Source: Bdellovibrionales bacterium (GTDB lineage: Bacteria > Bdellovibrionota > Bdellovibrionia > Bdellovibrionales > UBA1609). Taken from it: a DNA stretch of 64,000 nucleotides. The translations under genes and the position numbers were made by a program. The notes under the pieces were generated by a model. It did no database searches, was not told the origin of the DNA, and saw only the letters and a program-made list of their open reading frames with translations. Location of the stretch: NCBI GenBank assembly GCA_965219095.1, contig CBDCMT010000001.1:1056001-1120000 (forward strand), in the 5' to 3' direction. Positions 22,656 through 34,107 of this stretch are shown here, piece after piece; position 1 is the stretch's first letter; each line of letters begins with the position of its first letter.

Positions 22656-22940
22656 GTGTCTCTTATTTACGAAGTAAACATCAATGTGGAAAAACAAAAG
22701 GCCGTTAGGAATTGGCTTAAAGAGCATATGGAAGAGATGTTGGAGTGTGAGGGCTTTAAAAAGGCCTTTCTTTTTGAGCATTCTGAAGGCTATGTGGTTC
22801 ACTACTTTGTGGATTCTCAGAAAAGCCTTCAAAATTATCTTCATGGCCCTAAGAAAGAGGCTATGAGGGCTTTAGGCTTGAAATTTTTCGAAAGTAGAAA
22901 AGTTGAAATCAATCGACGTATTTTAGTTGAAATTTTCTGA
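22656..22940 (+). CDS. small protein, DUF4286-like
   Basis: IYEVNI, WLKEHMEEML...GF and LQNYL pattern resembles DUF4286. Confidence 0.6.
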   Translation: MSLIYEVNINVEKQKAVRNWLKEHMEEMLECEGFKKAFLFEHSEGYVVHYFVDSQKSLQNYLHGPKKEAMRALGLKFFESRKVEINRRILVEIF

Positions 22941-22995
22941 AATATAATCTATAGTTTTTTGCAGTCACTTATCAAACAAATAAAAGGAGGATGTT

Positions 22996-23436
22996 ATGGG
23001 ACAGACAAAGAAAAGTTCAAAAGTATCAGATTCTCTTGTGAAAGAGATTCGAAAAATAGGAAAAAGGTTAGGAAATATTGAAAAGATTGAATTGGCTGCT
23101 ATTGCTAAAGATCTTTTAAGGTTAGGTAAAGGAAAAAAAGCTCAGGCTAAAGAATCTCTACAGCTTTATGCTATTGTTAAAGATCTTCTGAAGGTAGGAA
23201 AAAGCCTCAATAAAGAGAAGATTGAAGCGTTAGGAAACGAAGGGTTAAACATGTTGTTAAAATTGCAGCCTAAACTTGAAAAAGAATGGAATAAGATCAA
23301 AAAAGATATAGATAAGGAACTTCTCAAAGTAGAGGGCCTTTTTAAAAAACTCAGAACGTCTATGAAAAAACACAATAGAAAAACAACAAGAACAAGAAAG
23401 CGTAAAACTAAAAGAAAAGTTGGTAAGAAAAAATAG
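22996..23436 (+). CDS. Lys-rich helical protein with a basic C-terminal tail
   Basis: AGGAGG RBS; internal repeat L.AI.KDLL..GK; K/R/T-rich tail. Confidence 0.7.
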   Translation: MGQTKKSSKVSDSLVKEIRKIGKRLGNIEKIELAAIAKDLLRLGKGKKAQAKESLQLYAIVKDLLKVGKSLNKEKIEALGNEGLNMLLKLQPKLEKEWNKIKKDIDKELLKVEGLFKKLRTSMKKHNRKTTRTRKRKTKRKVGKKK

Positions 23437-23444
23437 TTGATCCT

Positions 23445-26276
23445 ATGAAGCTTTTTTATGAAGAGAGCTTTGTGAGACGTCATATAGGCCCTGATGAAAA
23501 ACAGATAGGGCGGATGTTGTCTTTGCTTTGTTTTAAGAGCTTAGATGATATGGTGTCTCATGTTGTACCTGAAAAGATACTAAGTTCTTTTTCTTGTAAA
23601 AAAAATGAGGCTTTAAGTGAAAGAGGGTTAAAAGATTATGTAAGCCTTCTTGCTTCTATGAATCATATTTATAGGAGCTATATTGGTCACGGCTATTACG
23701 GAACAATAACTCCTAGTGTTCTTCAGAGAAATATTTTAGAGAATCCTAGCTGGTACACAGCTTATACGCCTTATCAGGCTGAGATATCTCAAGGACGTCT
23801 AGAAGCTTTGATTAACTTCCAAAACATGGTTTGTGATCTAACAGGAATGGAGATTGCTAACAGCTCTCTTTTAGATGAGGCTACAGCAGCTAGTGAAGCT
23901 ATGAGTTTGTGTTACTCTCTAAAGTCAAATCAGGATGGTTCTTTATTTTTTATTGATAAAAACATTTTTCCTGCAACTCGTTCTATTTTGTTAACAAGGG
24001 CGGAGTCCTTAGGAATTAAGTGCGTGGAAGGAGATATAAATAAGTTAGATCATAAAAGTAGAGCTGGTTGTTTTGCTGTGTTCGTTCAGTATCCTTCTAA
24101 GAGTGGGATTCTTCGAAAGCAGGCTAAGGGTAAGTCTAAGCTCATTGTTTCTAGTGACCTTTTAAGCTTGACTCTTTTAGAACCTCCTGGAGAGTGGGGT
24201 GCTGATGTGGTAGTAGGGAGCACGCAACGTTTGGGAGTTCCTATGGGTTATGGAGGGCCTCATGCGGCTTATTTAGCAACAAAAAAAATTTATAAAAGAC
24301 GTCTTCCGGGACGTCTTGTAGGAGTGTCTAAGGATGTTTATGAGAGAACAGCTTATCGCTTAGCTTTGCAAACCCGTGAACAGCATATTAGAAGAGAAAA
24401 AGCTACAAGCAATATTTGTACAGCACAAGTTTTACTAGCGGTTATGGCTTCTTGTTATGCTGTTTACCATGGCCCTAAAGGGCTTAAGGCCATTGCTTCT
24501 CAGATTCATGAGAAAACAAAACTCTTAGTCTCTGAGCTTTTAAAACAAGGACTTAAAATTCCTCAAGATACGTATTTTGATACTTTTGAAATCTTTATGG
24601 CTCAAGATCAGATTGATGAAGTGAAAAAAAGGGCTGAATATGAAAGAGTTAATTTATTTTATTCTCTTGACCGCATCCGGTTATCTTTAGATGAAACTGT
24701 AACGAAAAAAGATATAGAGGATCTTATTTTCATTTTTACAGGTAGCAGACAAAATCTTCCCGAAGATCTTAAAGTGGATCTGTCTTATGAACCTCTATGT
24801 TTTAAAAGAAAGAGTGAGTTTCTTACTCATAAGATCTTTAACAGTTATCACTCAGAAACGGAGATGATGAGATATCTTCATAGTTTGGCGAAAAAAGATC
24901 TAGCTTTAAATCAATCTATGATTCCTTTAGGTTCTTGCACTATGAAGTTAAACAGTGCTACGGAAATGGAGGCTATCACAGATATTCGTTGGTCTAACTT
25001 ACATCCCTTTGTTCCGCACTATCAAGCTAAAGGTTATGAAGTGATGATGAGAGAATTAGAAGATATTTTAAAAAAGCTTACAGGTTTTTCTGCTTTTTCT
25101 TTTCAACCCAATGCAGGCTCTCAAGGTGAGTATGCCGGTCTTTTAGCTATTAGACAGTATCATAAAAGCCGTGGTGATGAGAAAAGAAATATCTGTTTAA
25201 TACCTACATCAGCTCATGGTACGAATCCTTCTAGTGCTGTTTTAGCTGGTATGGAAGTTATTCCTGTAGCTTGTGATGAAAAAGGCAATATTGATTTAGA
25301 AAACTTAAAATTGAAACTTAAAAAATATAAAGAAAGGATTTCATGTTTTATGATAACTTACCCCTCAACTCATGGAGTTTTCGAAGAGAGTGTGAAGGAA
25401 ATATGTGCTTGGGTGCATGAGTATGGAGGACAAGTTTATATGGATGGAGCTAATTTTAATGCTATTGTAGGTCTTTGTCGTCTTCTAGATTTAGGATGTG
25501 ATGTGGCTCATTTGAATTTACATAAAACCTTTTGCATTCCTCATGGTGGTGGGGGACCGGGAGTCGGACCTATTGGTATTGCAGAACATTTAAAAAATTA
25601 CCTACCCTCCCATGATGTAGTGGATTTAGGTTTTAAAGGTAAACCTGTATCTCAAGCTCCTTGGGGAAGTGCAAGTATCTTGCTTATTTCTTGGAGTTAT
25701 TGTCGTATGATGGGTTTTGAAGGATTGAAAAAAGCCACACAAGTAGCTATTTTGAATGCTAATTATTTACGTCATCGGTTAAAGGATCATTACGAAGTGC
25801 TTTTTACAGGTCAAGGAGGTTTTGTAGCTCATGAATGTATTTTAGATTTTAGGTCCTTTCAATTAAAACATGATATCACTGTAGACGATATAGCCAAAAG
25901 ACTTATGGATTATGGTTTTCATGCTCCCACACAGAGTTGGCCCCTTCAGGGAACTCTTATGATAGAGCCTACAGAAAGTGAAACAAAAGGTGAATTAGAT
26001 AGGTTTTGTGAAGCTTTGATCGCCATTCGAGAGGAGATTAGAGAGATTGAGACAAAAAAAATCAAGAAAGAAGATAGTGTTTTAGCTAAAGCACCTCATA
26101 CTATAGAGGATCTTATGCAGAAAAACTGGGATAGAGCTTACTCTAAAAACAAAGCTTTTTATCCTCTGCCATGGCTTAAAGATAAAAAATTCTTAATTCC
26201 TGTGAATCGTATTGATAACGTTTATGGTGACAGAAATTTATTTTGTACTTGTGTTCCTTTAGAGGAATATACTTAA
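23445..26276 (+). CDS. gcvP: glycine dehydrogenase (decarboxylating), P protein
   Basis: YTPYQAEISQGRLE, SNICTAQ, LGSCTMK, HLNLHKTFCIPHGGGGPG. Confidence 0.97.
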   Translation: MKLFYEESFVRRHIGPDEKQIGRMLSLLCFKSLDDMVSHVVPEKILSSFSCKKNEALSERGLKDYVSLLASMNHIYRSYIGHGYYGTITPSVLQRNILENPSWYTAYTPYQAEISQGRLEALINFQNMVCDLTGMEIANSSLLDEATAASEAMSLCYSLKSNQDGSLFFIDKNIFPATRSILLTRAESLGIKCVEGDINKLDHKSRAGCFAVFVQYPSKSGILRKQAKGKSKLIVSSDLLSLTLLEPPGEWGADVVVGSTQRLGVPMGYGGPHAAYLATKKIYKRRLPGRLVGVSKDVYERTAYRLALQTREQHIRREKATSNICTAQVLLAVMASCYAVYHGPKGLKAIASQIHEKTKLLVSELLKQGLKIPQDTYFDTFEIFMAQDQIDEVKKRAEYERVNLFYSLDRIRLSLDETVTKKDIEDLIFIFTGSRQNLPEDLKVDLSYEPLCFKRKSEFLTHKIFNSYHSETEMMRYLHSLAKKDLALNQSMIPLGSCTMKLNSATEMEAITDIRWSNLHPFVPHYQAKGYEVMMRELEDILKKLTGFSAFSFQPNAGSQGEYAGLLAIRQYHKSRGDEKRNICLIPTSAHGTNPSSAVLAGMEVIPVACDEKGNIDLENLKLKLKKYKERISCFMITYPSTHGVFEESVKEICAWVHEYGGQVYMDGANFNAIVGLCRLLDLGCDVAHLNLHKTFCIPHGGGGPGVGPIGIAEHLKNYLPSHDVVDLGFKGKPVSQAPWGSASILLISWSYCRMMGFEGLKKATQVAILNANYLRHRLKDHYEVLFTGQGGFVAHECILDFRSFQLKHDITVDDIAKRLMDYGFHAPTQSWPLQGTLMIEPTESETKGELDRFCEALIAIREEIREIETKKIKKEDSVLAKAPHTIEDLMQKNWDRAYSKNKAFYPLPWLKDKKFLIPVNRIDNVYGDRNLFCTCVPLEEYT

Positions 26277-27054
26277 ATTCGATGTGAGAAATATACACTA
26301 TATTTTTCATTTTAAGAGGTTCTTATCTGTAACTCGGTTTCTTAACAACCCTTGACTCTTACGAAGACGGATGTTTCTTAGATTTTAAAGGAGAAGTTTT
26401 TATTGATCTTGTTGTAAAACGAGAACCTGTAAGACGTTTTCCTAAGGCTTTCCTCATTATAAAAATATAGAGAAGTTCTTCCAGAATAATTCCTAGTTTT
26501 TTTCCGTATTGTGATTTGCTTTGTGTTTTCTTCTTTAAGAACGAAGTTCTCTTGTATAATCGAGAGGCGTTTTAATAGGTATCTTTTTGATAGACTTTTT
26601 TAAATTAATCCCTTCTTCCATAAAATCCTCCCTCTAAGAAAAACTTATAAGAGAAATTTAAGCTTGGATAGGGCGGTCAGATAACCGAGTTACAGCTTTC
26701 CTAACTAGTCGAACGTGAAAAATGCACAAACAGCTAAAAACACTTGTTTTTTTGTAATTTTTGCATAAAAATAATTGCAAGGAAGTGGAAAAACAGATAA
26801 AAAACCTTGCAAAACAGAAAGGAAAAAAGATGAGGCCAAAAGACATGTTCAGCACACAAAAGAGAAGCCCTCTTAATTTTAGAGTAAACGACATTGTTCA
26901 TAAGAAGCATCCGCTTGTCATTTTAGCTAATAAAATAGACTGGGATCGTTTTGATAAAGATTTTGGTTCGAAGTATGATGAAAAAAAAGGTCGTCCAGGT
27001 CTTTCAACTCGTTTAATGGTGGGACTTCAGTGCTTGAAATACATTTATAATTCA

Positions 27055-28753
27055 CCTAAATTCGTGACCAAAAATGTACACTACAAAGCTATAATTTCCC
27101 ATTTTCCATAAAAATCTCAGTTTTCATAGGGGAATTTTCGATTTTTAGATAAAATCACAAAAAATAACTTGCCTTGCATTTTCCTTTGTAGTGTAATATA
27201 TTACACTATAGGAGGGAGAAATATGAGCTTTATCAGAAGAATAAAAAGAGGAAAGGTAACATATCTTGCAGAAGTAGAGAACAAAAGGGTTGATGGAAAA
27301 GTTATCCAAAAGCATATTCGGTACATCGGGAAGAAAGAGAATGGTGAAACTGTAATTTCAATGAGTTCATCTGATCTTGAAATAGAAAAGGTCAAGGTTT
27401 ATGGTCCTTTGCTTGTTTTAGATAAAATAGCTAGGGAAATAGATTTGCAAAAATCTCTTGGCCAATACTCCAATGAAATATTAAGCATGGTCTATGCTCA
27501 CTGTTTAGATTACAAAAGCCTTAGAAAAATGCCAAAATGGTATGAGAGAACAGATTTAAACACTTTGCTAAATTTAGAGGATCTAACCGAAAGTCGTTTG
27601 CTTTCTGCTCTAGATTCTTTAGAGAGTGATCCAGAAAATTTACAGAAGAAAATATTTCAAGGTGTTCAGAAAAGGTACAATCTTGAGCTAAAAGGGTTGG
27701 TGTACGATGTTACCAATACATACCTTTATGGTAGCAAATGTCAGCTTGGAAAATTAGGAAAGAGTAAGGATGGGAAACGTGGAAATCCTTTGATTCAAAT
27801 TGGTTTGGTGACAACTCAAAAAGAAGGAATACCAGTGTTTCATAAAACTTTTAGTGGAAACATACACGATAGCAGGACTCTACTAAGTTTATCCGATGGA
27901 TTTGCAAACTATGGACTAAGTGGAGGAATGTTTGTTTACGACAGAGGCATTTTCTCAGAGAGAAACCTCAATGAAATCAATGAATTGGGCTGGAATACGC
28001 TTTGTGGGATTGCTCTCAGAAAAAAAGAGAAGGATTTGATTAGAAAAATGATAAGGCTAGACTCTATTGTTGATGTATCCCATCGCATCAGGTTATCAAG
28101 TGGTACCTTGTATGCTCAGAGCATTAATCACAATGTTGGAAAAATCAAAGGACGTTTAGTTGTTTGTTACAATCAAAGGAGAGCTTTAGATATAAGAGAA
28201 TCTCGTTTGGACGAAATTGCAAACGCACAAATTCTTTTGTCTAAAAATAAAAATATAAAACCAGGTTTGGAAAAATACCTTACTCCAACAGGAAGATTAA
28301 GGAGAGATCGGTTGAATTTAGAATCTGAGTTTGATGGTTACTCTTGTATATTTTCTACAAAAAAGATCTCTACAAAAGATATTGTTAATTTGTACTATAA
28401 GAAAGAGATAATTGAAAAATCTTTTAGGACCTTAAAGGGAATAACAAATTTGAGACCAATTCGTCATTGGCTTTACAACAGAGTTCAATCACATGTCTTT
28501 ATATGCTATTTATCTTGTCTGATACTTTCAATTCTAAAAATGAAGCTTGAAAAGATGCAGATGTCTCCAGAGGAAGCTCTTGAAGAACTCGGTAGCATGT
28601 ATAATGTCTATCTTTATGACCGAAAAAATAAAACTAGACTTATCAAAACAGTAGCTTTGAATAAAGTTCAAGAAAAAATACTAAGATCTATTGGAAAAAG
28701 TCTTGTCAAAAAAACGTCCGTCTGTAGTGTACATTTTTGAGCACGAACTCAGG
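27055..28753 (+). mobile_element. IS1634-family element B, apparently intact
   Basis: imperfect 31-bp TIRs CCTAAATTCGTGACCAAAAATGTACACTACA / TGTAGTGTACATTTTTGAGCACGAACTCAGG; 7-bp flanks TAATTCA/TAATTTA. Confidence 0.9.
27223..28740 (+). CDS. IS1634-family transposase
   Basis: YDVTNTY, YDRG, IEKSFRTLK....RPIRHW...RV..HVFICYL; GGAGG RBS before ATG 27223. Confidence 0.92.
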   Translation: MSFIRRIKRGKVTYLAEVENKRVDGKVIQKHIRYIGKKENGETVISMSSSDLEIEKVKVYGPLLVLDKIAREIDLQKSLGQYSNEILSMVYAHCLDYKSLRKMPKWYERTDLNTLLNLEDLTESRLLSALDSLESDPENLQKKIFQGVQKRYNLELKGLVYDVTNTYLYGSKCQLGKLGKSKDGKRGNPLIQIGLVTTQKEGIPVFHKTFSGNIHDSRTLLSLSDGFANYGLSGGMFVYDRGIFSERNLNEINELGWNTLCGIALRKKEKDLIRKMIRLDSIVDVSHRIRLSSGTLYAQSINHNVGKIKGRLVVCYNQRRALDIRESRLDEIANAQILLSKNKNIKPGLEKYLTPTGRLRRDRLNLESEFDGYSCIFSTKKISTKDIVNLYYKKEIIEKSFRTLKGITNLRPIRHWLYNRVQSHVFICYLSCLILSILKMKLEKMQMSPEEALEELGSMYNVYLYDRKNKTRLIKTVALNKVQEKILRSIGKSLVKKTSVCSVHF

Positions 28754-29666
28754 TAATTTAAGTGACGAGAAGACAATAGAAATGTTCAAAGAGAGTCCTT
28801 AATGGCAGTATTTTTGTGGTCAGCCTTTTTATTCTTATGAAGATCCCTGTGATAGAAGTTCATTGACTAACTGGAGAAAGAGGATGGGGGCTGAGAAGAT
28901 AGAAGTTCTCTTAGAGGAAACCATTGATTTAGCTTTGAGAGAGGATTTTGTAAAAAAAAAAGAGTTTGAGAATGTAGTTGTTGATACAACTGTTCAAGAG
29001 AAAGCAATAGCTTTTCCTACAGACAGCCGTCTTTATTACAAAGCTTTAAAGACTTTAGTTCACAGGGCTAAAAAAGAGGGTTTAGTTTTACGTCAAAGCT
29101 ATAAAAGAAAGGCCAAGGAGTGTTTGTTTAAGAATGCTCGTTATGCTCATACAAGAAAAATACGTTTAGCAAGAAAACAGCAAAGAAAGCTTCATACTTA
29201 TCTAGGTCGTGTGATAAGAGATGTTACAAGAAAAGGAGGTCCTAAGTTCTTGGAAGAGAATACATCTTTAAAAAGATGTTTATCTTTATGTGTAAGAATT
29301 TATAACCAAAAAAGAGGGGATAAGAACAAGGTGTATAGTGTTCATGCTCCTGAGGTTTATTGCATAGGGAAGGGCAAAGCCCATAAAAAATATGAATTTG
29401 TCAATAAGGTGAGTGTGGCAACTTCATCAAAAAAATGCTGGGTTTTAGGGGTAAAGTCATTTGAAAAAAATGTATCAGATGTTCACAGTTTAAAGCCAGC
29501 CTTATCTCAAGTTGAATCCTTAACAAAGGTTAAGGCAAAAAATTTGTATGTAGATAAAGGTTATCGTGGCAAAGAGCATCATCCTTCGGGAGTTAATGTT
29601 CATATTGGGGGAATGAGTAAAACATTAAGTCCCTACAAAAGAAAACTTCACAGAAGAAGAAGTTAA

Positions 29667-30739
29667 GTTGCGACTATTACATCCTCATTTCTAAGCTGTC
29701 TGATATTCGTTATCGTCAAGGCGTTTTGCTTGGTAGAATGGAAAGTCTAGGCTTTCAATTAAAGCGTGAAGCTAGTCTTAGTATTCTGACAAGTGATGTG
29801 GTGAAATCCTCAGCTATTGAAGGAAAAAACCTTAATTCAGAGCAAGTACGTTCATCCCTTGCTCGTCGACTAGGCATTGAAATAGCTGGACTTCTACCAG
29901 CTAGTCGTGATGTCGAGGGTGTTGTTGAGATGATGCTCGATGCTTCCCAGCACTTCTCAAAGCCTTTGACAAAAGATCGTCTTTTTAACTGGCATGCAGC
30001 ACTGTTTCCAACAGGAAGAAGTAATATGCACCAGATTACAGTTGGTGGTTGGCGTACCCTTGATGCAGGACCAATGCAGGTGGTATCAGGTCCTATAGGA
30101 AGTAAGAAGATTCACTTTGAAGCACCCAGTGCTGATAAGCTGGAAAATGAAATGCAGACCTTTTTGGCATGGTTTGATAATGGTGGTGGTATTGATCCAG
30201 TTCTGAAAGCCGGTATTTCTCATCTCTGGTTTGTAACAATTCACCCTTTTGAAGATGGAAATGGTCGTATTGCCAGAGCGATTGGTGATATGGTGCTTGC
30301 ACGTGCTGACGGCACACAAGATCGTTTCTATAGTTTATCTACCCAAATTGAATCTGAACGCAAAGATTATTACGATCAACTAGAAAAACAGCAAACTAGT
30401 TCACTGGAAATTACTTGCTGGTTAGAGTGGTTTTTAGATTGTTTAGGGCGCACACTTTCGAGTACGGAGATAAGGCTTAGTAAAGTTTTCTTCAAGGCAC
30501 AGCTTTGGGATAAGATCAACAAGAAGCCTGTTAATGATCGGCAAAGCTTTATCATCAACCGGATGCTGGAAGATGACTTTAAAGGACATATGAATACGTC
30601 TAAATATGCTAAGCTGGTAAAATGCTCAAACGATACAGCATTGCGCGATATACAAGACTTAAAAAAGCGATATATCTTGATTCAAAACCCCTCTGCTGGA
30701 CGTAGCACAAGTTATAGGCTGACTGATAAGGTTAAATAG
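29667..30739 (+). pseudogene. Fic family protein (DUF4172-type N-terminus), 5' end truncated by fusion to the IS5 remnant
   Basis: canonical HPFEDGNGRIAR motif; SSAIEG; C-terminal wHTH; frame continues upstream of TTG 29726 (IRYRQG) but no start precedes the IS junction. Confidence 0.8.
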
Positions 30740-31629
30740 TCGTTGCTTTCCATAAATGTAAAATGATTTGAGATCGGTATTTATGAAAATCAGTTACAAA
30801 AAACCTACTTACAGATAACCGAATTACACTATAACCATAATCTAAAAGAAGAATGATATGGAGCCGATAAGCATATCTTTTCTTATCTTCTCATTTTAAT
30901 ATAAAAGCTCTTAACATCTTTTTTGATAATAAGGCTTCCATAAAAGATATTGTTTACATAGAATATTTTGACAAAAACTAGATCCCACTCTTTGTGTGTA
31001 GATTTTGAAGTGCAATTTAGTATATTTTTTGTAAAAGGAGAAGTGTTTTTTCTTTTTATAGGTAAATCTAAATTCTTTCCCATTTTTGTTTTCACCACGA
31101 TTGTTGCTCCTTCGTTTGTTTTTTCTATGTTCGCTTTTCCCTACAGTTAGCCTTTGACATATTACATCATTGTATTACAATTGTATCTTATTTTTGAGTT
31201 CACTTTTTTAGCGCAGTCTAGTTTGTCAATTCAAATAAAGGGTTTTGCATAAAAAGAAAAAGAGTTTAAAAAAAATTATAATGAGGAAAGTATTTTCACA
31301 GGATGTTTTTCTTGATCTTTAACCGCCCGTCATGGTATTTTCCTACTGGAGGTTTTATGAGAACTTCGCACTCTCAGAAGAACAGGTGGGGTAGAGATCA
31401 AACAACAAAGTGTAGCTTATTTTTTATAGGGTTGTGGATAGGAGAATGACCTTAAATGGCTTTAAGTGATTAACTTAGAAGCCAGTGAAAAACTAAAGCC
31501 GAAAGAGGGGGATAAGAGTTTTTTCCCAGTAAGTAGAACTCAAAACGAATTAATAACAGAAGGATCTTACTTTTTAAGTTTGACATCTTTCATTAGGAGT
31601 ACGATATGGAAAGAGAAGACTATATTAAT

Positions 31630-32977
31630 GATTTTTTTTCATCTAACAAAGGAAAAAAACTTTTAAATTTAGATAAAAAAGTTCTTGCTGAAGCCCTTTA
31701 TAAAGCCTCTCTTAGAAATGGGAATGTTCACCTTGTTTTGGAAAGACTAACATCAAGTGACAGTGAAAAATGTTGTGCGTTTTAGAGAAAGGCTGAAAGA
31801 ATACAAACGTTCAGATAGATTTATTAGATATTATACGGGTGAATTCTTTTCTGAACTAGAAGACCTATTGATTGATCTAAAAGAATCAACTTTCACTCCT
31901 GAAGAGGGTTTGTCTTTAGTAAAAGAATTCTTTGAGGTGGACGGTGACATTATGGAATCTTGTAATGACTCCGATGGAGAGGTTGGAGACATTTTTCACT
32001 ATAATGCAACAGATCTTTTTAGAGAGTATGCAAAGCAATGTAAGGATAAAAAATGGGTTACTGATATTCTATTTAATCTAATTGTAAAAGACGATTATGG
32101 GCTTCGTGAAGAACTAAGCACCAAAGTAGACGAATTTCTACCTGAAAAAGAAATAAGGAGGATTATAGATAGACTTTGGAATCTCCGTAAATCCAATAAA
32201 AACAAGGGTTATCCCTATTTTTTGTTAGAACGTATGGCAAAGGCTATAAAAGATCCTTTTCTCTATGAAAAAATAATTGACCTTAGTGGTAAAAAAGATA
32301 ATGGTAATAACTTCTTTAAATTAGGAAAGATGTGGCTTTTTTGTGGTGATCCTAATAAAGCTCTCTTTTATTTACAAAAAATAAATAAAGATAATTACTA
32401 TGGTTCATCTGGCGATCTTGACGATCTTTTATTAAAAATCTATAGAGAGTTAGGAGATAGGAAGAAACAAAAAGAAATTTCTTGGGAGATTTTCAGGGAC
32501 TATCGAATAAAGGAAAAGTTTGATGAGGTTGTAGCTATTGAAGGAAACAGCAAAAGACCAAAGCTTTTAAAAAATGAAGTTGCGCTTATTTTTCGAAATA
32601 AGCAGCTAGCAGAAGAAGATGTTAATTTTATGTTGGAGTTAAAACTTATTGATGAGTCTGGTGATTATATTTTCAAGAGAAGACAACATATTGATGGAGA
32701 CTATTACCTCGATCTTGTGGAATGGGCTGATATTTTCAATAAAAATAAAAAGCCTCTTATTGCAACAATCATCTATCGTGCTCTATTGGATTCTATTTTA
32801 GGTAGGGCAAAATCACGTGCTTATCACCATGGTGTAGATTACCTTCGTTGTCTTGATAGAATTAATAAAGATGTAAAGGATTGGATGGGAGTTCAAACTC
32901 ATGATGCTTACTTTTTAGAAATCAAAGAAAATCATGGAAGGAAGTATAGTTTTTGGGAGCAGTATAACGGCAATTAG
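31630..32977 (+). pseudogene. DUF6880-like helical protein with a frameshifted N-terminus
   Basis: C-terminal YRALLDSIL...AYHHG..YL...HGRK.SFW; upstream frame (KKVLAEALY...LERLTSSDSE) joins via a frameshift in the A-run near 31766. Confidence 0.6.
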
Positions 32978-33168
32978 CCTCACTAACCCAATAGTATCAG
33001 GCGATAAAAATGATATTCAAGGTGGAGAAGGTGGAAATTAAAGATTTTTATAGCATTACTCTGTCCTGAGTTTGTCTTTTGTGATAGTGCGACTATCACA
33101 ACTAATTATTGGATTTTTTGGATATTCATTTTGGAAGTCAGAGGGCACAAAATTATGCAACAAGTCAA

Positions 33169-33510
33169 CTATTTGAGCTTTTTCTTTAGTTTTTTGTATT
33201 TTCTAGCCTTTAGACTTCCTTCGACCAAAATTAACTGATGCTTCCTCAAAAACTCTATATCTCTTTCTATTGTCCTCAGAGTAACTTCTTGCTCTTTAGC
33301 AAATGAAGATACAGAAAACCTTTCACTTTCTATTAATAGTATTATTTTCAATAACTTATAAGCCCTTTTGGGGCCGATCTTTAGTGCTACTCCGACATTT
33401 TCAGCGACATCATCTCTGGAATACTCCCTATTCTCTGCAGGAGCAGAAGAAGAAATGAAGTTCCCTCCAGGGAGAGGATTTCTATAAAAAGTCACTGTCG
33501 TAAAATTGGT
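33169..33510 (-). pseudogene. C-terminal wHTH fragment of a transcriptional regulator, truncated by IS66
   Basis: VTLRTIERDIEFLRK..LI...G HTH; reading frame begins at the IS66 terminus. Confidence 0.6.
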
Positions 33511-33822
33511 GTAACTGCTCACTCTCGTAAGTTTTTATTTAAAGCCATAGAGATGGCTTCTAAAGAAGAATACCCTCTATTTCTCATTGTTTTAACATAG
33601 CTGGTAATGCGACAAAAATATTTCGCCATTTCTTCTGTTCTGAAACACCCTGACACTTTCTTTTTCACCTTAGTCATTCTTAGATCTCTTTCAGCTCTGT
33701 TATTAGTAGGATCTACGTTCTTTCTTTGTAACTGCTTACCCACATTGTTCAGTTATCCCTAACTTTAGACCTGTTTTAAGATAAAAGTCTTGCTCTTACA
33801 AATTTTCTTTTAAATACTCTTT
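33511..33822. mobile_element. IS66 remnants: right end (33511-33727, minus) abutting the left end of a second copy (33728-33822, plus)
   Basis: near-identical to both ends of 13323-14855. Confidence 0.88.
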
Positions 33823-34107
33823 TAATTAGGTTGCCAGATTCTGAGTTTTTACATTTATCGGAAAGTCTTTGGCTTTATTGATTTTTAACAGGTGATTTTT
33901 TAAATTCTCCTCTTTCTTTTTCAATTTTTTTTATACTTAAGAAAACAATTGCTAATGTTTAATATTATATAAAGGGATTTTTCAAAACAAAAGTCTAGAT
34001 TTATTGAAAAAAATCAAAAAAGGTTTTCTGTTTCTTTCCATGAGTTAGAGTCAGTTGCTAGGCTTTAAGCAAGGTAACTAACTACAAATCAAAACAAAGG
34101 AGATAAA

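Larger units (their letters stand above)
26706..29666 (+). mobile_element. IS5-family element, pseudogene: interrupted by IS1634, internal stop, 3' end lost
   Basis: HPLV.LA..IDW, GRP...RLMVGL, VDTTVQEK...PTD, KGKAHKKYEF, VDKGYRG; TAA at about 28800. Confidence 0.85.

Noticed and set aside
26761..27111. Standalone 116-aa gene
   Set aside because: It is the N-terminus of the IS5 transposase, reading into the IS1634-B end.
30883..31666. Small ORFs as a toxin-antitoxin pair next to fic
   Set aside because: No recognisable TA motif, RBS or operon geometry; this looks like decayed DNA.
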